A DNA stretch of 64,000 nt from a bacterium (GCA_965221165.1 CBDCRP010000002.1:32001-96000), one strand, 5' to 3'. Counted from the stretch's first letter, positions 1-9,904 are shown. The notes: generated from the sequence alone by a model not told the origin. Made by a program: numbers and translations.

Positions 1-595
1 CCGTCTCAGGGTCATAGATGCCGCCAAAGGCGTTCACCGCGGCAATCACGCCGACGACGCCACCCCCCGGCAACTCCATACTCGCCGTCCCGACGCCTCC
101 TTTCATGGCGCGCTCTTGCCCGAAGAGTTTTCCGACCGTAGCGCCCGCGCCCGCGCCCACGCTGCCCTGGGGACCTTCGGCGTTCGATGCCGCCTCACAG
201 GCGGCGCGCCCCATGGCGGCGTCCGGACGAACCCGGCCGTCACCGAAATGCAAATCGAACAAAACGCCGCCGGCGACCGTGGGTACGTTGAATCGTCCTG
301 TGGGAAACCCCCTGCCCTTTTCTTCCAAAAAAGACATGACGCCATCGGCCGATGCGAGACCGAATGCGCTGCCTCCCGTCAGAAGAATGGCATCCACACC
401 ACCTACGAGGTGTTCGGAGCGAAGGGCATCCATGCCGCGCGTGGCCGTCGCCGTGCCGCGCAACTCACACCCCCCGACGGTTCCGGGAGGGCAAAGCACC
501 ACGGAGACGCCCGTTTTGGCCTCTTCATCGTGCGCGTGGCCCAGATAAAAACCCGGCACGTCGGTTATGCAACCTTTCAGGTCGGCAAGATTCAG
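1..595 (-). CDS. P1 family peptidase (S58/DmpA-like L-aminopeptidase/D-esterase), 3' end runs off the window
   Basis: Manual minus-strand translation gives ITDVPGFYLGHAHD...TGVSVV, ILLTGGSAFGL, VLFDL, QGSVGAGAGATVGK and KGGVGTAS...AVNAFG. The best start is CTG (595-593), 8 nt after GAGGAG. Not in the ORF track. Confidence 0.85.
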   Translation of the reverse strand, partial: MNLADLKGCITDVPGFYLGHAHDEEAKTGVSVVLCPPGTVGGCELRGTATATRGMDALRSEHLVGGVDAILLTGGSAFGLASADGVMSFLEEKGRGFPTGRFNVPTVAGGVLFDLHFGDGRVRPDAAMGRAACEAASNAEGPQGSVGAGAGATVGKLFGQERAMKGGVGTASMELPGGGVVGVIAAVNAFGGIYDPET

Positions 596-638
596 AAGAA
601 AGACTCCTCGTTTCTCCGCGCGCTTATGGTCGCAGTTT

Positions 639-1295
639 TTAGTCCGCGACCGGCAACTCGCCGGGTGCGCGGCCAGGCAATTCACCGGTCTCAAGGATGC
701 TGTCGATGACGTATCTGTATTGTTCGGCCAGCACCGCGCCGACCATAACCGCGCGATCGTTCACGACGACGGAGGGGATGCCCGTTATCCCCAGGTTCGT
801 GGCTTCCATGTACTCTTTGACGGCCTTTTCCCTCAAACCCCCGTTTTCAATAGCGTCGCGGAACCTGTCCATGTCCAGGCCGCTTTCCTCCGCCACGTCA
901 CTCACCACGTCGGGGTCCGAGATGTTTCTGTTTTCCGTGAAGAAAGCGGCCAGAAGATTGTCGTGGAATTTCTCCCATTCTTCAGGCCCCTGAAATCTCG
1001 CAGCCAGCCCGGCTTCCGCAGAAGGCATCGAGCAGTTCGGAAATTCCGCCTCGCTCTCCCACAAGGTGAAATCGCCGGAATCGGGCTGTGAGTTCGCGTT
1101 CGTCCAGTGGTTTCTGCGGTAATCGTTGAACACCGCCGTGGGGTCCGGCTCTGGCCTCAGCATGAAAACCCGGTACTGGATATCTACTTTATCACCATAT
1201 TCCTCTTTTACCTTCTTCAGGCGCACGGCCGAGTTAAAGCACCAGGGTCACAAAAAATCGCTGTATACCGTGAATCGTATAGGGGCGTTATCCAT
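639..1295 (-). CDS. DsbA/FrnE-like thioredoxin-fold protein, probable selenoprotein (UPWC)
   Basis: ATG at 1295 after a GAGAGAAG purine tract reads MDNAPIRFTVYSDFL-[TGA 1250-1248]-PWCFNSAVRL, in frame with the 639-1226 ORF. That ORF carries the cis-Pro loop GITGIPSVVVN. Confidence 0.85.
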
Positions 1296-1355
1296 TGTCT
1301 TCTCTCTCCTCTCGTTCCATCGCCATAGTCTCGAACCCAATGATTAACAAAAAAG

Positions 1356-2243
1356 CTATATCGTCATGTGCGCCATGTGCACCTTCACCTTCTCGCCGAT
1401 GCCCGCGCCCAGAAATTGCGCGGCGTTTCCTTCGGGCACGAATATCTCGAGCCGCGTCCAACTGTTGAACTGCGCCCCGAGATCGCCCGCCTTCACCGCC
1501 TGGTAGTATTCGCTCACTCCGTTGATCACCTGGCCGCCGATTTCTATTACCGGCAAGTGCGCGGAATCGTCCTCGCCGTATTCGAACCGCCAGAAAATCG
1601 TGGTGTCGATGTTCGTCACCAGGTTCCCGTAATGATCGACGTAGATGACCTCGCCGGTGATGGTGTCGGCATCCTCGAATTTCACCGCGGGAAAATCGAA
1701 GCGTACCGGGTCGGTGATGATGGAGCCGAATTCCTCGGGAGGAACCCCGTAGGAAAGGTGGCCCGCTACGGGCGCGAAAATATCTCTGCCGTGAAAGGTG
1801 GAACTCACTTCGTTCAGGAAAAAAGCATCTTCTTCGAGTTCTCTCGTCCACATGTAGAGCGGGTCGTCATACACGCATGAAAAAAGGCCGTTGTCCGGCC
1901 CCACGAAATAATAGTTTTCCGTAGCGGCGATCAGTCCCCTGCGGCTACTTCCCACGCCGGGGTCCACGACCGCCACATGAATCGCGCCGCGCGGAAAATA
2001 ATGCGCCGACGAGCCCAGAATCAGCGACGCGCCCCTGACGTCATAAGGCGCTACGGAGTGCGTGATGTCCACGATATGGGCCAGCGGGTTTACCGCGAGG
2101 ACGACGCCCTTCATCACCCCCGTATAGTGCTCATCGTTCCCGAAATCCGTGAGGAGGGTGATGATCGGCCGCGAGCCGCTTTCCTCTTCGAAATCAGGAG
2201 CACCCTCGTGAAAAGGATTCGGGCGCGATTGATCGTCCGTCAT
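1356..2243 (-). CDS. SAM-dependent chlorinase/fluorinase family (DUF62, SAM hydroxide adenosyltransferase)
   Basis: Motifs ITLLTDFG, VVDPGVGS, GPDNG, TFHGRDIFAP and DHYGNLVTN. Its start overlaps the mtaB stop (ATGA). Confidence 0.9.
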   Translation of the reverse strand: MTDDQSRPNPFHEGAPDFEEESGSRPIITLLTDFGNDEHYTGVMKGVVLAVNPLAHIVDITHSVAPYDVRGASLILGSSAHYFPRGAIHVAVVDPGVGSSRRGLIAATENYYFVGPDNGLFSCVYDDPLYMWTRELEEDAFFLNEVSSTFHGRDIFAPVAGHLSYGVPPEEFGSIITDPVRFDFPAVKFEDADTITGEVIYVDHYGNLVTNIDTTIFWRFEYGEDDSAHLPVIEIGGQVINGVSEYYQAVKAGDLGAQFNSWTRLEIFVPEGNAAQFLGAGIGEKVKVHMAHMTI

Positions 2244-3652
2244 GACGCAAACTCTCCCCATAAGGCGTCCGACCTTGCGGCGATGTGAGAAAATTGACTT
2301 TTATCGGGCAAAGACGCCAGGCGCACCCGGCCCGTGCGTCCTATCCACTCATCGGGGCCGGAGACCAGCACGCGAATGTAATTATCCGACAAACCGGTGA
2401 GCAAACCATCTTCTCCCCGCCTGCTTTCGAACAACACATCCGCCTCCCTCCCCGTTTGTGAGGAGACGAACGACGCCCACTTTCTTCGCCCCAATTCCTG
2501 GAGGGCGCGTGCGCGTTTTTTTTGCTCGGCCCTGGGGATTCTCCCCGGCATCTGGATGGCCGCCGTCCCCTCGCGCGGCGAATACGGAAACACGTGCAAA
2601 TACGCCAGAGGAGATTCCCGCACCCACTCCATGGTCCGCTCGAACGCCTCCGCGCTCTCGCCGGGAAACCCGACGATAAAATCTCCGCCGAGACACGCCC
2701 CGTCTATTTTCCGGGCGATCTCCTCAAAACGGCTCGCGCACCGGGCGGCGGTATAGTTCCGTTTCATAGCCTCAAGAGTTTCATCGTCCCCGCTTTGGAC
2801 GGGTATGTGGAAATGCCGGCATACATAACTCCCCTCGCTCGATACGCCGGAGCCATACGCCCTCTCCGCCACGACGCGGATGAGTTCGCGCGTAAATTCA
2901 CCCGGCTCCACGGAGGAGAGCCTGAGACGGAAAAATTTTTGCATTTCCAGCAGTCGGCTCACCAGGCGGCTCAATGTGCTGCGCGGCTTCGTGTCCCTGC
3001 CGTATGCGCCGAGGTGTACTCCGGTGAGCACCAATTCCTCGTGCCCGCCCGCAAGGAGAGTGTCGGCGTGCTCCACGCATGAGGCCACATCCAGAGAGCG
3101 GCTCGCCCCACGCGCGATGGTCGTCGCGCAAAAAGAGCAGGAAAAATTGCATCCATCCTGCACCTTGAGGTACGCCCTCGTCCGGCTCCCGAATTGCGGC
3201 AGGACGACGCTCTCCACCTCGAGGCTCTCCTCTATGGAAGAGACCCGGACCTCGGGCATTTCGTCTCGTAGAAACGGTTTTGCCAATTCATCCGGGAGCC
3301 TTAGTTTTTCCCTGTTCCCGAGCAGGAGGTCCGCTTCGGGAATCAGCATTTTCTCCGTATTCGCCTGGGCGGAGCATCCCGCGATGACGACCCGGGCGTT
3401 CGCGCCGCCCATCCGCCGGGCCCTACGCGCCAGGCGCCTGCCCTCGCGGTCGGCTTCCGCCGTGACCGTACAACTGTTGACGACGTAGACGTCCGCCTCG
3501 GCGTCAAACGGAACGAGTTCGAACCCGGCCCCGGCGGAGAGATGCTTCATGGCTTCGCCCTCGGCGTGATTGAGCTTACACCCCAAATTCGCCAGGGCGA
3601 GCCGCAGGGGTTTCGCGCTTGCGCTCTTCATGGCTTCGCTCGTCTCGTTCAT
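2240..3652 (-). CDS. mtaB: tRNA threonylcarbamoyladenosine methylthiotransferase (radical SAM)
   Basis: N-terminal LGCKLN...NSCTVT...GCSAQ, KVQDGCNFSCSFC, LHVFPYSPREGT and a TRAM-like C-terminus. Start is approximate. Confidence 0.9.
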   Translation of the reverse strand: MNETSEAMKSASAKPLRLALANLGCKLNHAEGEAMKHLSAGAGFELVPFDAEADVYVVNSCTVTAEADREGRRLARRARRMGGANARVVIAGCSAQANTEKMLIPEADLLLGNREKLRLPDELAKPFLRDEMPEVRVSSIEESLEVESVVLPQFGSRTRAYLKVQDGCNFSCSFCATTIARGASRSLDVASCVEHADTLLAGGHEELVLTGVHLGAYGRDTKPRSTLSRLVSRLLEMQKFFRLRLSSVEPGEFTRELIRVVAERAYGSGVSSEGSYVCRHFHIPVQSGDDETLEAMKRNYTAARCASRFEEIARKIDGACLGGDFIVGFPGESAEAFERTMEWVRESPLAYLHVFPYSPREGTAAIQMPGRIPRAEQKKRARALQELGRRKWASFVSSQTGREADVLFESRRGEDGLLTGLSDNYIRVLVSGPDEWIGRTGRVRLASLPDKSQFSHIAARSDALWGEFAS

Positions 3653-3737
3653 TCGGGCTACCTTCAAACCTCGAAGAATGCTACTTTTACAGCGAATCTT
3701 ACGCTTTGCGCAAATTGGCCCGCAAGGGCTGTTTCGC

Positions 3738-3850
3738 TTGACTAGGAAGAGTGGCAGTTGATAGGGTAACGCCGCCCGTATGAGAGTGAGAACTACTTGT
3801 CCGGCCAGTTCACCAGGGGATGCTGGCTGACACATCACTCCGAGCGTTTT
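3738..3850 (+). promoter_or_regulatory. Putative sigma70 promoter and long imperfect leader hairpin upstream of the coxM-like operon
   Basis: TTGACT at 3738. Nested complementary blocks AACGC/GCGTT, GAGTGA/TCACTC, TGTC/GACA and GCCAGT/GCTGGC span 3768-3848. Confidence 0.4.
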
Positions 3851-3950
3851 CCTTGATCCCCTTCTGTCGGGTATGATTCGGCATCGTTTTCAGTTTTCAT
3901 GACAGGTGTGGTTATATTCTATTTCAGATGATTGAGGAGAGATTCCGTCT

Positions 3951-4817
3951 ATGCGTGGTTTTGAATTCGTGGTGCCGACGACCATATCGGCGACCTTAAA
4001 GGCGGCAAAAGGTAGAAACACAAAGTACATCGCCGGAGGCACCAATTTCCTGCCCGACCTCAGGCATCAGCACGACGGCCCGGCGAAAGTCGTCATCGAC
4101 CTCATGAGAGTCTCCGCGCTGCAGGGGATTTCCTCGGCGAAGGGCGAGGTGAAGCTGGGCGCACTGGCGACGATGACCGATTTGCTGATCAACAAGATTA
4201 TCCTTAAAGAAGCGCCCATTCTGGCCGCGATGTCGGAGAAATTCGCTGGGCCGATCATCCGAAACCGCGCCACTGTGGCCGGCAACATCATAGACGGGGG
4301 GCCCGCGGCCGACGCCGTCCCTCCCCTGCTTGCGCTCAAAGCGAAGGTGAGACTCGCCAGCGAAAAAAGGAGAAGGACGGTCGCTCTCGATAAATTCCTC
4401 ACCGGATATCGCCAGACGGCCATGCGCTCTGATGAATTGATCACCGCCGTGACTTTCCCCTCCCCCGGCAGGAATCACAAATGGGGCTATTACAAACTCG
4501 CCCGCCGGAATGCCATGGCCATCACCGTGGTGGGCGTGGCGGTCGTGTTGAAGGTGAGGCGCAGCAAGGTGGAAGAAGCGGGCATTTCGCTGGGTTCCGT
4601 TACGGCGGCTCCGATCCGCTGCTATGAGGCAGAGAAAATTCTCGAAGGAAACGTGGTGAACCTCGAGTTGGCTCAAAAGGCCGCAGAGGCATGCGCCGCC
4701 GTGGCGACGCCGATTGACGACATTCGCGCATCGGCGGAATACCGCAAGCTGATGTGCGAGGTCTTGCCGCGCCGTCTCATTTGTCAGGCACTGGACATTT
4801 CACAAAACAACGAATAA
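3951..4817 (+). CDS. Xanthine dehydrogenase/CoxM-family FAD-binding medium subunit
   Basis: Motifs IAGGTNFL, IRNRATVAGN, PAAD and PIDDIRASAEYR. Confidence 0.9.
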   Translation: MRGFEFVVPTTISATLKAAKGRNTKYIAGGTNFLPDLRHQHDGPAKVVIDLMRVSALQGISSAKGEVKLGALATMTDLLINKIILKEAPILAAMSEKFAGPIIRNRATVAGNIIDGGPAADAVPPLLALKAKVRLASEKRRRTVALDKFLTGYRQTAMRSDELITAVTFPSPGRNHKWGYYKLARRNAMAITVVGVAVVLKVRRSKVEEAGISLGSVTAAPIRCYEAEKILEGNVVNLELAQKAAEACAAVATPIDDIRASAEYRKLMCEVLPRRLICQALDISQNNE

Positions 4818-4862
4818 ACAGACTTCATCGTCTTTCAAGAATCCATTGGAGAATCCTTCAAT

Positions 4863-5423
4863 ATGGCTACAGCGAGCAAATCAAAACGAACCGCGAAGAA
4901 AAAATCGACCGCGCCCGCATACACGCCGCCCAAGAAGCTGCCCATTTCCTTTACGGTAAACGGACAAGAGGTCAACACCGAAGCGCCCGCGCACACCACT
5001 CTGCTTTATCTGCTGCGCGACCTCGGCTTCACGGAAGTGAAAAACGGCTGCGAAGCGGGCGATTGCGGCGCATGCACGATTCTGCTGGACGGCTTGGCGA
5101 TGAACGCATGCTGCGCTCTCGGCGTCCAGGCGGATGGCCGTGAGATCACCACGGTCAAGGGCATCGGAACGGTCGGCAACCTCCATCCGATACAACAAAA
5201 ATTCATCGATCACGGCGCCATTCAGTGCGGGTTCTGCACCCCTGGGATGGTAGTCGCCGCCAAGGAGTTGCTCGACAACACGCCGAATCCCAGCCGACAT
5301 GAAATCAAGGCCGGCATCGCAGGCAATCTTTGCCGCTGCACCGGCTACGTGAAAATTATTGACGCTATCGAGGCGGCGGCTGAAGATCTTTCCTCGAAGA
5401 AAGGAAAAAGGAAACGACCGTGA
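4863..5423 (+). CDS. CoxS-family [2Fe-2S] small subunit
   Basis: Motifs GCEAGDCGACT, QCGFCTPG and GNLCRCTGY. Confidence 0.95.
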   Translation: MATASKSKRTAKKKSTAPAYTPPKKLPISFTVNGQEVNTEAPAHTTLLYLLRDLGFTEVKNGCEAGDCGACTILLDGLAMNACCALGVQADGREITTVKGIGTVGNLHPIQQKFIDHGAIQCGFCTPGMVVAAKELLDNTPNPSRHEIKAGIAGNLCRCTGYVKIIDAIEAAAEDLSSKKGKRKRP

Positions 5424-6364
5424 CTGCCTCATCGAACGCTACCAAAGGGAAAAAAAGTTCGTCATCCGGATTTGGGAACGTCGAAGACGTTCAGGACTCG
5501 TTCAGAAAACTCGACTACATCTCCGACCGGACGCTGGCGACAACCCTGTTTTTGGCCACGAAACTGGAAAAGCCCCTTTTCCTGGAAGGCGAAGCCGGGG
5601 TCGGTAAAACCGAACTCGCCAAGGTGCTCGCCAGTGCGATGGATACCGAGCTCATCCGGCTGCAATGCTACGAGGGCCTCGACGCGAACTCGGCTCTTTA
5701 TGAGTGGAACTATGCGAAACAACTCCTCCACATCAAAATGGAGGAATCCAGGGATTCGGACGCCAAGTCGATTGAAAAAGATATCTTCAGTGAACAGTAC
5801 CTGATAGAACGTCCCCTGCTTCGCGCGCTTTTGCGCTCGAAAGAAAAACCGGTGGTATTGCTCATCGATGAAATCGACCGCTCGGACGAGGAATTCGAAG
5901 CGTTCCTGCTGGAAATTCTTTCCGATTACCAGATTACGATTCCGGAGATGGGAACCGTCAAGGCGGTCAGCAAACCCCTGGTGGTGCTCACCAGCAACCG
6001 GACACGTGAAATTCACGACGCCCTCAAACGGCGCTGCCTTTATCTGTGGGTCGACTACCCCTCTTTCGAGAAGGAGGTGGAGATTATTACGACCAAGGTG
6101 CCCGGGATTACTGATCGGCTGGCGGAGCAAATCTCCCGCTTCATGACGCAGGCGAGGCAGATGGATTTCTACAAACGCCCCGGCGTGGCCGAATCCCTCG
6201 ATTGGGCGCAAGCGCTTCTCGCTCTGCATCGAAACGAACTGGACGTGGACGCCGTGCGGGATACCATCGGCTGCATACTGAAATACCAGGACGACATCAA
6301 GCGCATACAAGACGACGGCCTCGACAGCATGGTAGCGACGGCGCAACTCTCGCCCGACGCCTGA
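5420..6364 (+). CDS. MoxR-family AAA+ ATPase, CoxD-like
   Basis: Walker A GEAGVGKT, RLQCYEG, Walker B LLIDEIDR and LTSNRTREIHDALKRRC. Confidence 0.9.
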   Translation: MTASSNATKGKKSSSSGFGNVEDVQDSFRKLDYISDRTLATTLFLATKLEKPLFLEGEAGVGKTELAKVLASAMDTELIRLQCYEGLDANSALYEWNYAKQLLHIKMEESRDSDAKSIEKDIFSEQYLIERPLLRALLRSKEKPVVLLIDEIDRSDEEFEAFLLEILSDYQITIPEMGTVKAVSKPLVVLTSNRTREIHDALKRRCLYLWVDYPSFEKEVEIITTKVPGITDRLAEQISRFMTQARQMDFYKRPGVAESLDWAQALLALHRNELDVDAVRDTIGCILKYQDDIKRIQDDGLDSMVATAQLSPDA

Positions 6365-6377
6365 TCCGAGAGACTCC

Positions 6378-7643
6378 TTGGCATCCAGCATCCGCCCCAT
6401 CGTGCAAGGCACCTTGCCCAGGCGACGGATTCGCATCAAGGGCCGAGGCCTCAAGGGTGAGATGATCGGCTTTTGCCGAATTCTCAGGCGCGCCGGATTG
6501 AAGATAACCTCCGGCCGCATCATCGACGTGTTCCGCTGTTTCGATTCTCTCGACGTCACCAATCTCGACAATATCTATGTCGCCAGCAAATCGAATCTCA
6601 TCTCCAGCCAGGATGAGAGTATGATTTTCGACGCCGTGTTCCGGCAATACTGGTTCGATGAGGAGGGAAATCCCTACTCCGGGGATGAATCGGTGCAAGT
6701 CGACACGCAATTCGAAGAAGAAGGCGAAGGGCAAGCCGGCGAGGGAGGCGGAACGTCAGAGGAAGGCGAATCGGACGCCGAAGGCGAAGGACAGGAAAAT
6801 CCGGGGCTTCCATCGGAAGACGACGTGGAGAGCGCCGCCGAACCCGGTGAGCAGGGAGATGACGACGAGGGAGTGCCCTCCTATAGTCCCGCCGAAGTCA
6901 TATCGGACAAGGATTTTTCCGCACTGAACATGGACCAGGTCGCCGAACTCAGGCGGCTTATCGCAAAACTCGTCCCCAAACTCGCAACCAAAATCAGCCG
7001 CCGCAAACGGCCCGACATGCGCTCTCCCGAAATCGACATGAGACGAAGCGTGAAGAGAAGCGTCCGCTCCGGCGGCGAGGTGCTGAAACTTTTCCGCCGA
7101 AGAAGAAAGATACAAAAAACCCAGATTGTGCTTATCTGCGACGTATCGGGGTCGATGGACAGCTACAGCCAGTTCTTGATTCAGTTTCTCTACAGCCTGC
7201 AGAACGAAATAAAATCGCTGCGCACGTTCGTATTCAGCACGCGCCTTTCGGACGCTACGCCATACCTGCGGCACAAGGACGTCAACACCGCCCTCAAGCG
7301 CCTGTCCATGGAAGTACATGACTGGAGCGGGGGCACGCAAATCGGCAATTGCCTGAAAACGTTCAACTATGAATACGGCAGGACCATCCTGAACAGCCGC
7401 ACCATCGTCATCATCATATCGGACGGCTGGGACCGGGGCGATACGGATACTCTGTCGGAGGAAATGAACCGCCTCAAAAAAATCTGCCATAAACTTTTCT
7501 GGCTCAATCCTCTGCTGGGCAGCCCCGGTTACCGCCCGATCGACAGAGGAATGAGAACGGCCCTGCCCTATTGCGATGAATTCCTGGCCGCGCACAACCT
7601 CGACAGTCTGATCGACATGACGAACAGGATCGCGCGGATATAA
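6378..7643 (+). CDS. CoxE-like vWA domain protein
   Basis: MIDAS DVSGSM, FVFSTRL, WSGGTQIG, ISDGWD and WLNPL, with an acidic linker. Confidence 0.9.
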   Translation: MASSIRPIVQGTLPRRRIRIKGRGLKGEMIGFCRILRRAGLKITSGRIIDVFRCFDSLDVTNLDNIYVASKSNLISSQDESMIFDAVFRQYWFDEEGNPYSGDESVQVDTQFEEEGEGQAGEGGGTSEEGESDAEGEGQENPGLPSEDDVESAAEPGEQGDDDEGVPSYSPAEVISDKDFSALNMDQVAELRRLIAKLVPKLATKISRRKRPDMRSPEIDMRRSVKRSVRSGGEVLKLFRRRRKIQKTQIVLICDVSGSMDSYSQFLIQFLYSLQNEIKSLRTFVFSTRLSDATPYLRHKDVNTALKRLSMEVHDWSGGTQIGNCLKTFNYEYGRTILNSRTIVIIISDGWDRGDTDTLSEEMNRLKKICHKLFWLNPLLGSPGYRPIDRGMRTALPYCDEFLAAHNLDSLIDMTNRIARI

Positions 7644-7710
7644 AGTCCTCTCTTTCCTTCAAGCCTTTCTGTTTGTATGAATAAACTGTTATTGGTTTAT
7701 TTCTCGGGAA

Positions 7711-8385
7711 TTGAGAACGGAATTGGCAAATCTACTGATTTACACGGCAGACAATGGATTCGCGGACGCCTTGGGGCGCGCCCTGATGCGTGAGGGCCAT
7801 TTCTGCAAAATGGTGCAGGATGAAACGACGGCCTTACAGGAGGCTCACGCCAGAGGCCTGTCTCTCATATTGCTCGATGACGCACCTGCGCTGCCCAAAG
7901 TGGAGGAAATGCGAAACTGGACCACCTTGCCGATACTCCTGCTCCTCGAGCCCAACCGCCTGGTGACCATTCAGGCGCCGATAGAGGCCGACGATATTCT
8001 GGTGAAACCCGTTCGGGAAGAAGAACTCTTGTGTCGCGTCCGCAATCTGTGCCACCGCTACACTCAGGAAGCCGAGGGGGCGCGCACCCTTCAGAGCAAG
8101 GGTTTGACGCTCGATGAAAGCCGCTACGAAATCAGGCTCGATGGAGAGTTGATCGATTTGACGTATCGGGAATTCGAGCTTCTCAAACATTTGCTCAACA
8201 ACCCCGAGCGCGTCTTCGACCGGGAGCAGCTCTTGAACCTCGTTTGGGGGATCGACTACCTCGGAGGCCCGCGAACGGTGGATGTTCACATTCGACGCAT
8301 TCGCTCGAAAATCGAAATCAGGGGCTATTCGTTTATTTCCACGGTGCGGGGAGTCGGGTACAAATTCATCGGGGAATCGTCGTGA
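7711..8385 (+). CDS. OmpR/PhoB-family response regulator, GlnR-like, no adjacent kinase
   Basis: wHTH LTYREFELLKHL...RVFDREQLL..VWGIDYLGGPRTVDVHIRRIRSK. The receiver is atypical, lacking the N-terminal acidic pair. Lies directly upstream of glnA. Confidence 0.85.
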   Translation: MRTELANLLIYTADNGFADALGRALMREGHFCKMVQDETTALQEAHARGLSLILLDDAPALPKVEEMRNWTTLPILLLLEPNRLVTIQAPIEADDILVKPVREEELLCRVRNLCHRYTQEAEGARTLQSKGLTLDESRYEIRLDGELIDLTYREFELLKHLLNNPERVFDREQLLNLVWGIDYLGGPRTVDVHIRRIRSKIEIRGYSFISTVRGVGYKFIGESS

Positions 8386-8435
8386 TGCCGAAATCCCCGC
8401 ATCCCCTACTTGGGGAGATGAAAATCCAATGAGAA

Positions 8436-8467
8436 GAAACCGATACGAAACATTCACGCTGTAGAAT
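8436..8467 (+). promoter_or_regulatory. Candidate glnA promoter with a GAAAC-N6-GAAAC operator over the -35 position
   Basis: GAAAC at 8436 and 8447 (11-bp period) and TAGAAT -10 at 8462. No consensus -35. Confidence 0.45.
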
Positions 8468-8509
8468 GGGTTATTCTGACGAGAGGAATCGGCTCAACTG
8501 GAGTTCATA

Positions 8510-9856
8510 ATGCCTGACGCATTCGATGATAAAGATCGGGAATTCGTAATCAATCAAGCCCGCGAGCTCGGTGTACGATTCATAAGAATGTGGTTCACCG
8601 ATATCCTGGGTTTCCTGAAAAGTTTCGCCATCACCATAGAAGAACTGGAAAATGCGCTTTATGAGGGGCATCTTTTCGATGGGGCCGCCATACAGGGTTT
8701 CGCGCGCATCGAGGAGAGCGACATGTTCGCCCACCCCGATCCCACGACGTTCTGCGTGCTGCCCTGGCGTCCGCAGGATGGAGGCGGCGTCGCAAGAATG
8801 TTTTGCGACATCAAAGACCCCGACGGCAATCCCTATGAAAGCGACCCGCGGTTCGTGCTCAGGCGAACCCTGCAGAATGCGGCGCAAAAGGGATTTACGT
8901 TTTACACAGGCGTGGAATATGAACATTACTATTTCAAATCCCCCGAACCGCCGATTGAAACGCTCGACAAGGGCGGATACTTCGACCTCACTCCCCTGGA
9001 CATCGCGAGCGATTTAAGGCGCGAAACGGTGCTGAATCTCGAAAAGATGGGCATCGGGGTCGAATACAGTCACCACGAGGTCGGGCCCAGCCAGCACGAA
9101 ATAGATTTGCGCTACGGCGATGCGCTCACGATGGCGGACAATGCGATGACCTATCGCCTCGTCGTCAAGGAAGTCGCCATGCGCCACGGCGTCTACGCCA
9201 CTTTCATGCCCAAGCCGATATCGGAAGCAAACGGAAACGGGATGCACACCCATCTCTCCCTGTTCAGAGGCTCGGAGAACGCGTTCCACGACCCCGAAAA
9301 ACCGGGCGGGCTTTCGGATACGTGCCAGGCTTTTATCGCAGGCCTTTTGAAATACACCCCCGAAATGACGCTCGTCTTGAACCAATGGGTGAACAGCTAC
9401 AAGCGTCTCGCTCCGGGTTTCGAAGCGCCCGCTTACGTCACATGGGCGCACAAGAGCCGCAGCGATTTGATCCGCATCCCCAGTACGCGCAAGGGTATGG
9501 AATCCGATACGCGAATCGAGTTGCGCTCGCCGGACTCGGCGTGCAATCCCTATCTGGCGTTCGCCTGCATGCTGGCGGCCGGAATGGCGGGAATCGAAGA
9601 GGGCCTGCCGCCCGTTCCTGCCGTGGAAGAAAACGTATTCGAGATGAGTGAGGAAACGCGTCGGGAGCAAGGCATCAGAAGCCTGCCGGGCAACTTGCGT
9701 GAAGCCACGGTGCTGGCCGAGCAGAGCGATTTTTTACGAAACGTGTTCGGGAATCAGCTTTTCGAGAAATTCATCGAGAACAAAAAACTCGAATGGGAGC
9801 CCTATCGCGCCCATGTCTCGGATTTTGAGCTCAACAAATACCTCTCCATTCTGTAA
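8510..9856 (+). CDS. glnA: Glutamine synthetase type I (alpha-like)
   Basis: Motifs FDGAAIQGFARIEESDM, HHEVGPSQHEI, FMPKP, GNGMHTHLS, NSYKRL.PGFEAP and RIELRSPD..CNPYL. Confidence 0.95.
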   Translation: MPDAFDDKDREFVINQARELGVRFIRMWFTDILGFLKSFAITIEELENALYEGHLFDGAAIQGFARIEESDMFAHPDPTTFCVLPWRPQDGGGVARMFCDIKDPDGNPYESDPRFVLRRTLQNAAQKGFTFYTGVEYEHYYFKSPEPPIETLDKGGYFDLTPLDIASDLRRETVLNLEKMGIGVEYSHHEVGPSQHEIDLRYGDALTMADNAMTYRLVVKEVAMRHGVYATFMPKPISEANGNGMHTHLSLFRGSENAFHDPEKPGGLSDTCQAFIAGLLKYTPEMTLVLNQWVNSYKRLAPGFEAPAYVTWAHKSRSDLIRIPSTRKGMESDTRIELRSPDSACNPYLAFACMLAAGMAGIEEGLPPVPAVEENVFEMSEETRREQGIRSLPGNLREATVLAEQSDFLRNVFGNQLFEKFIENKKLEWEPYRAHVSDFELNKYLSIL

Positions 9857-9904
9857 CTACCGCCCTTCCCTCTCAGGAAGGATGAATCGAGCGAACAGCG
9901 AGCG

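Noticed and set aside
18-709. Plus-strand ORFs 18-548 and 116-709
   Set aside because: They are antisense shadows of the minus-strand S58 peptidase.
3951-7643. Aerobic CO dehydrogenase call
   Set aside because: No CoxL with AYxCSFR or AYxGAGR is in the window, so these are generic xanthine dehydrogenase-family components.
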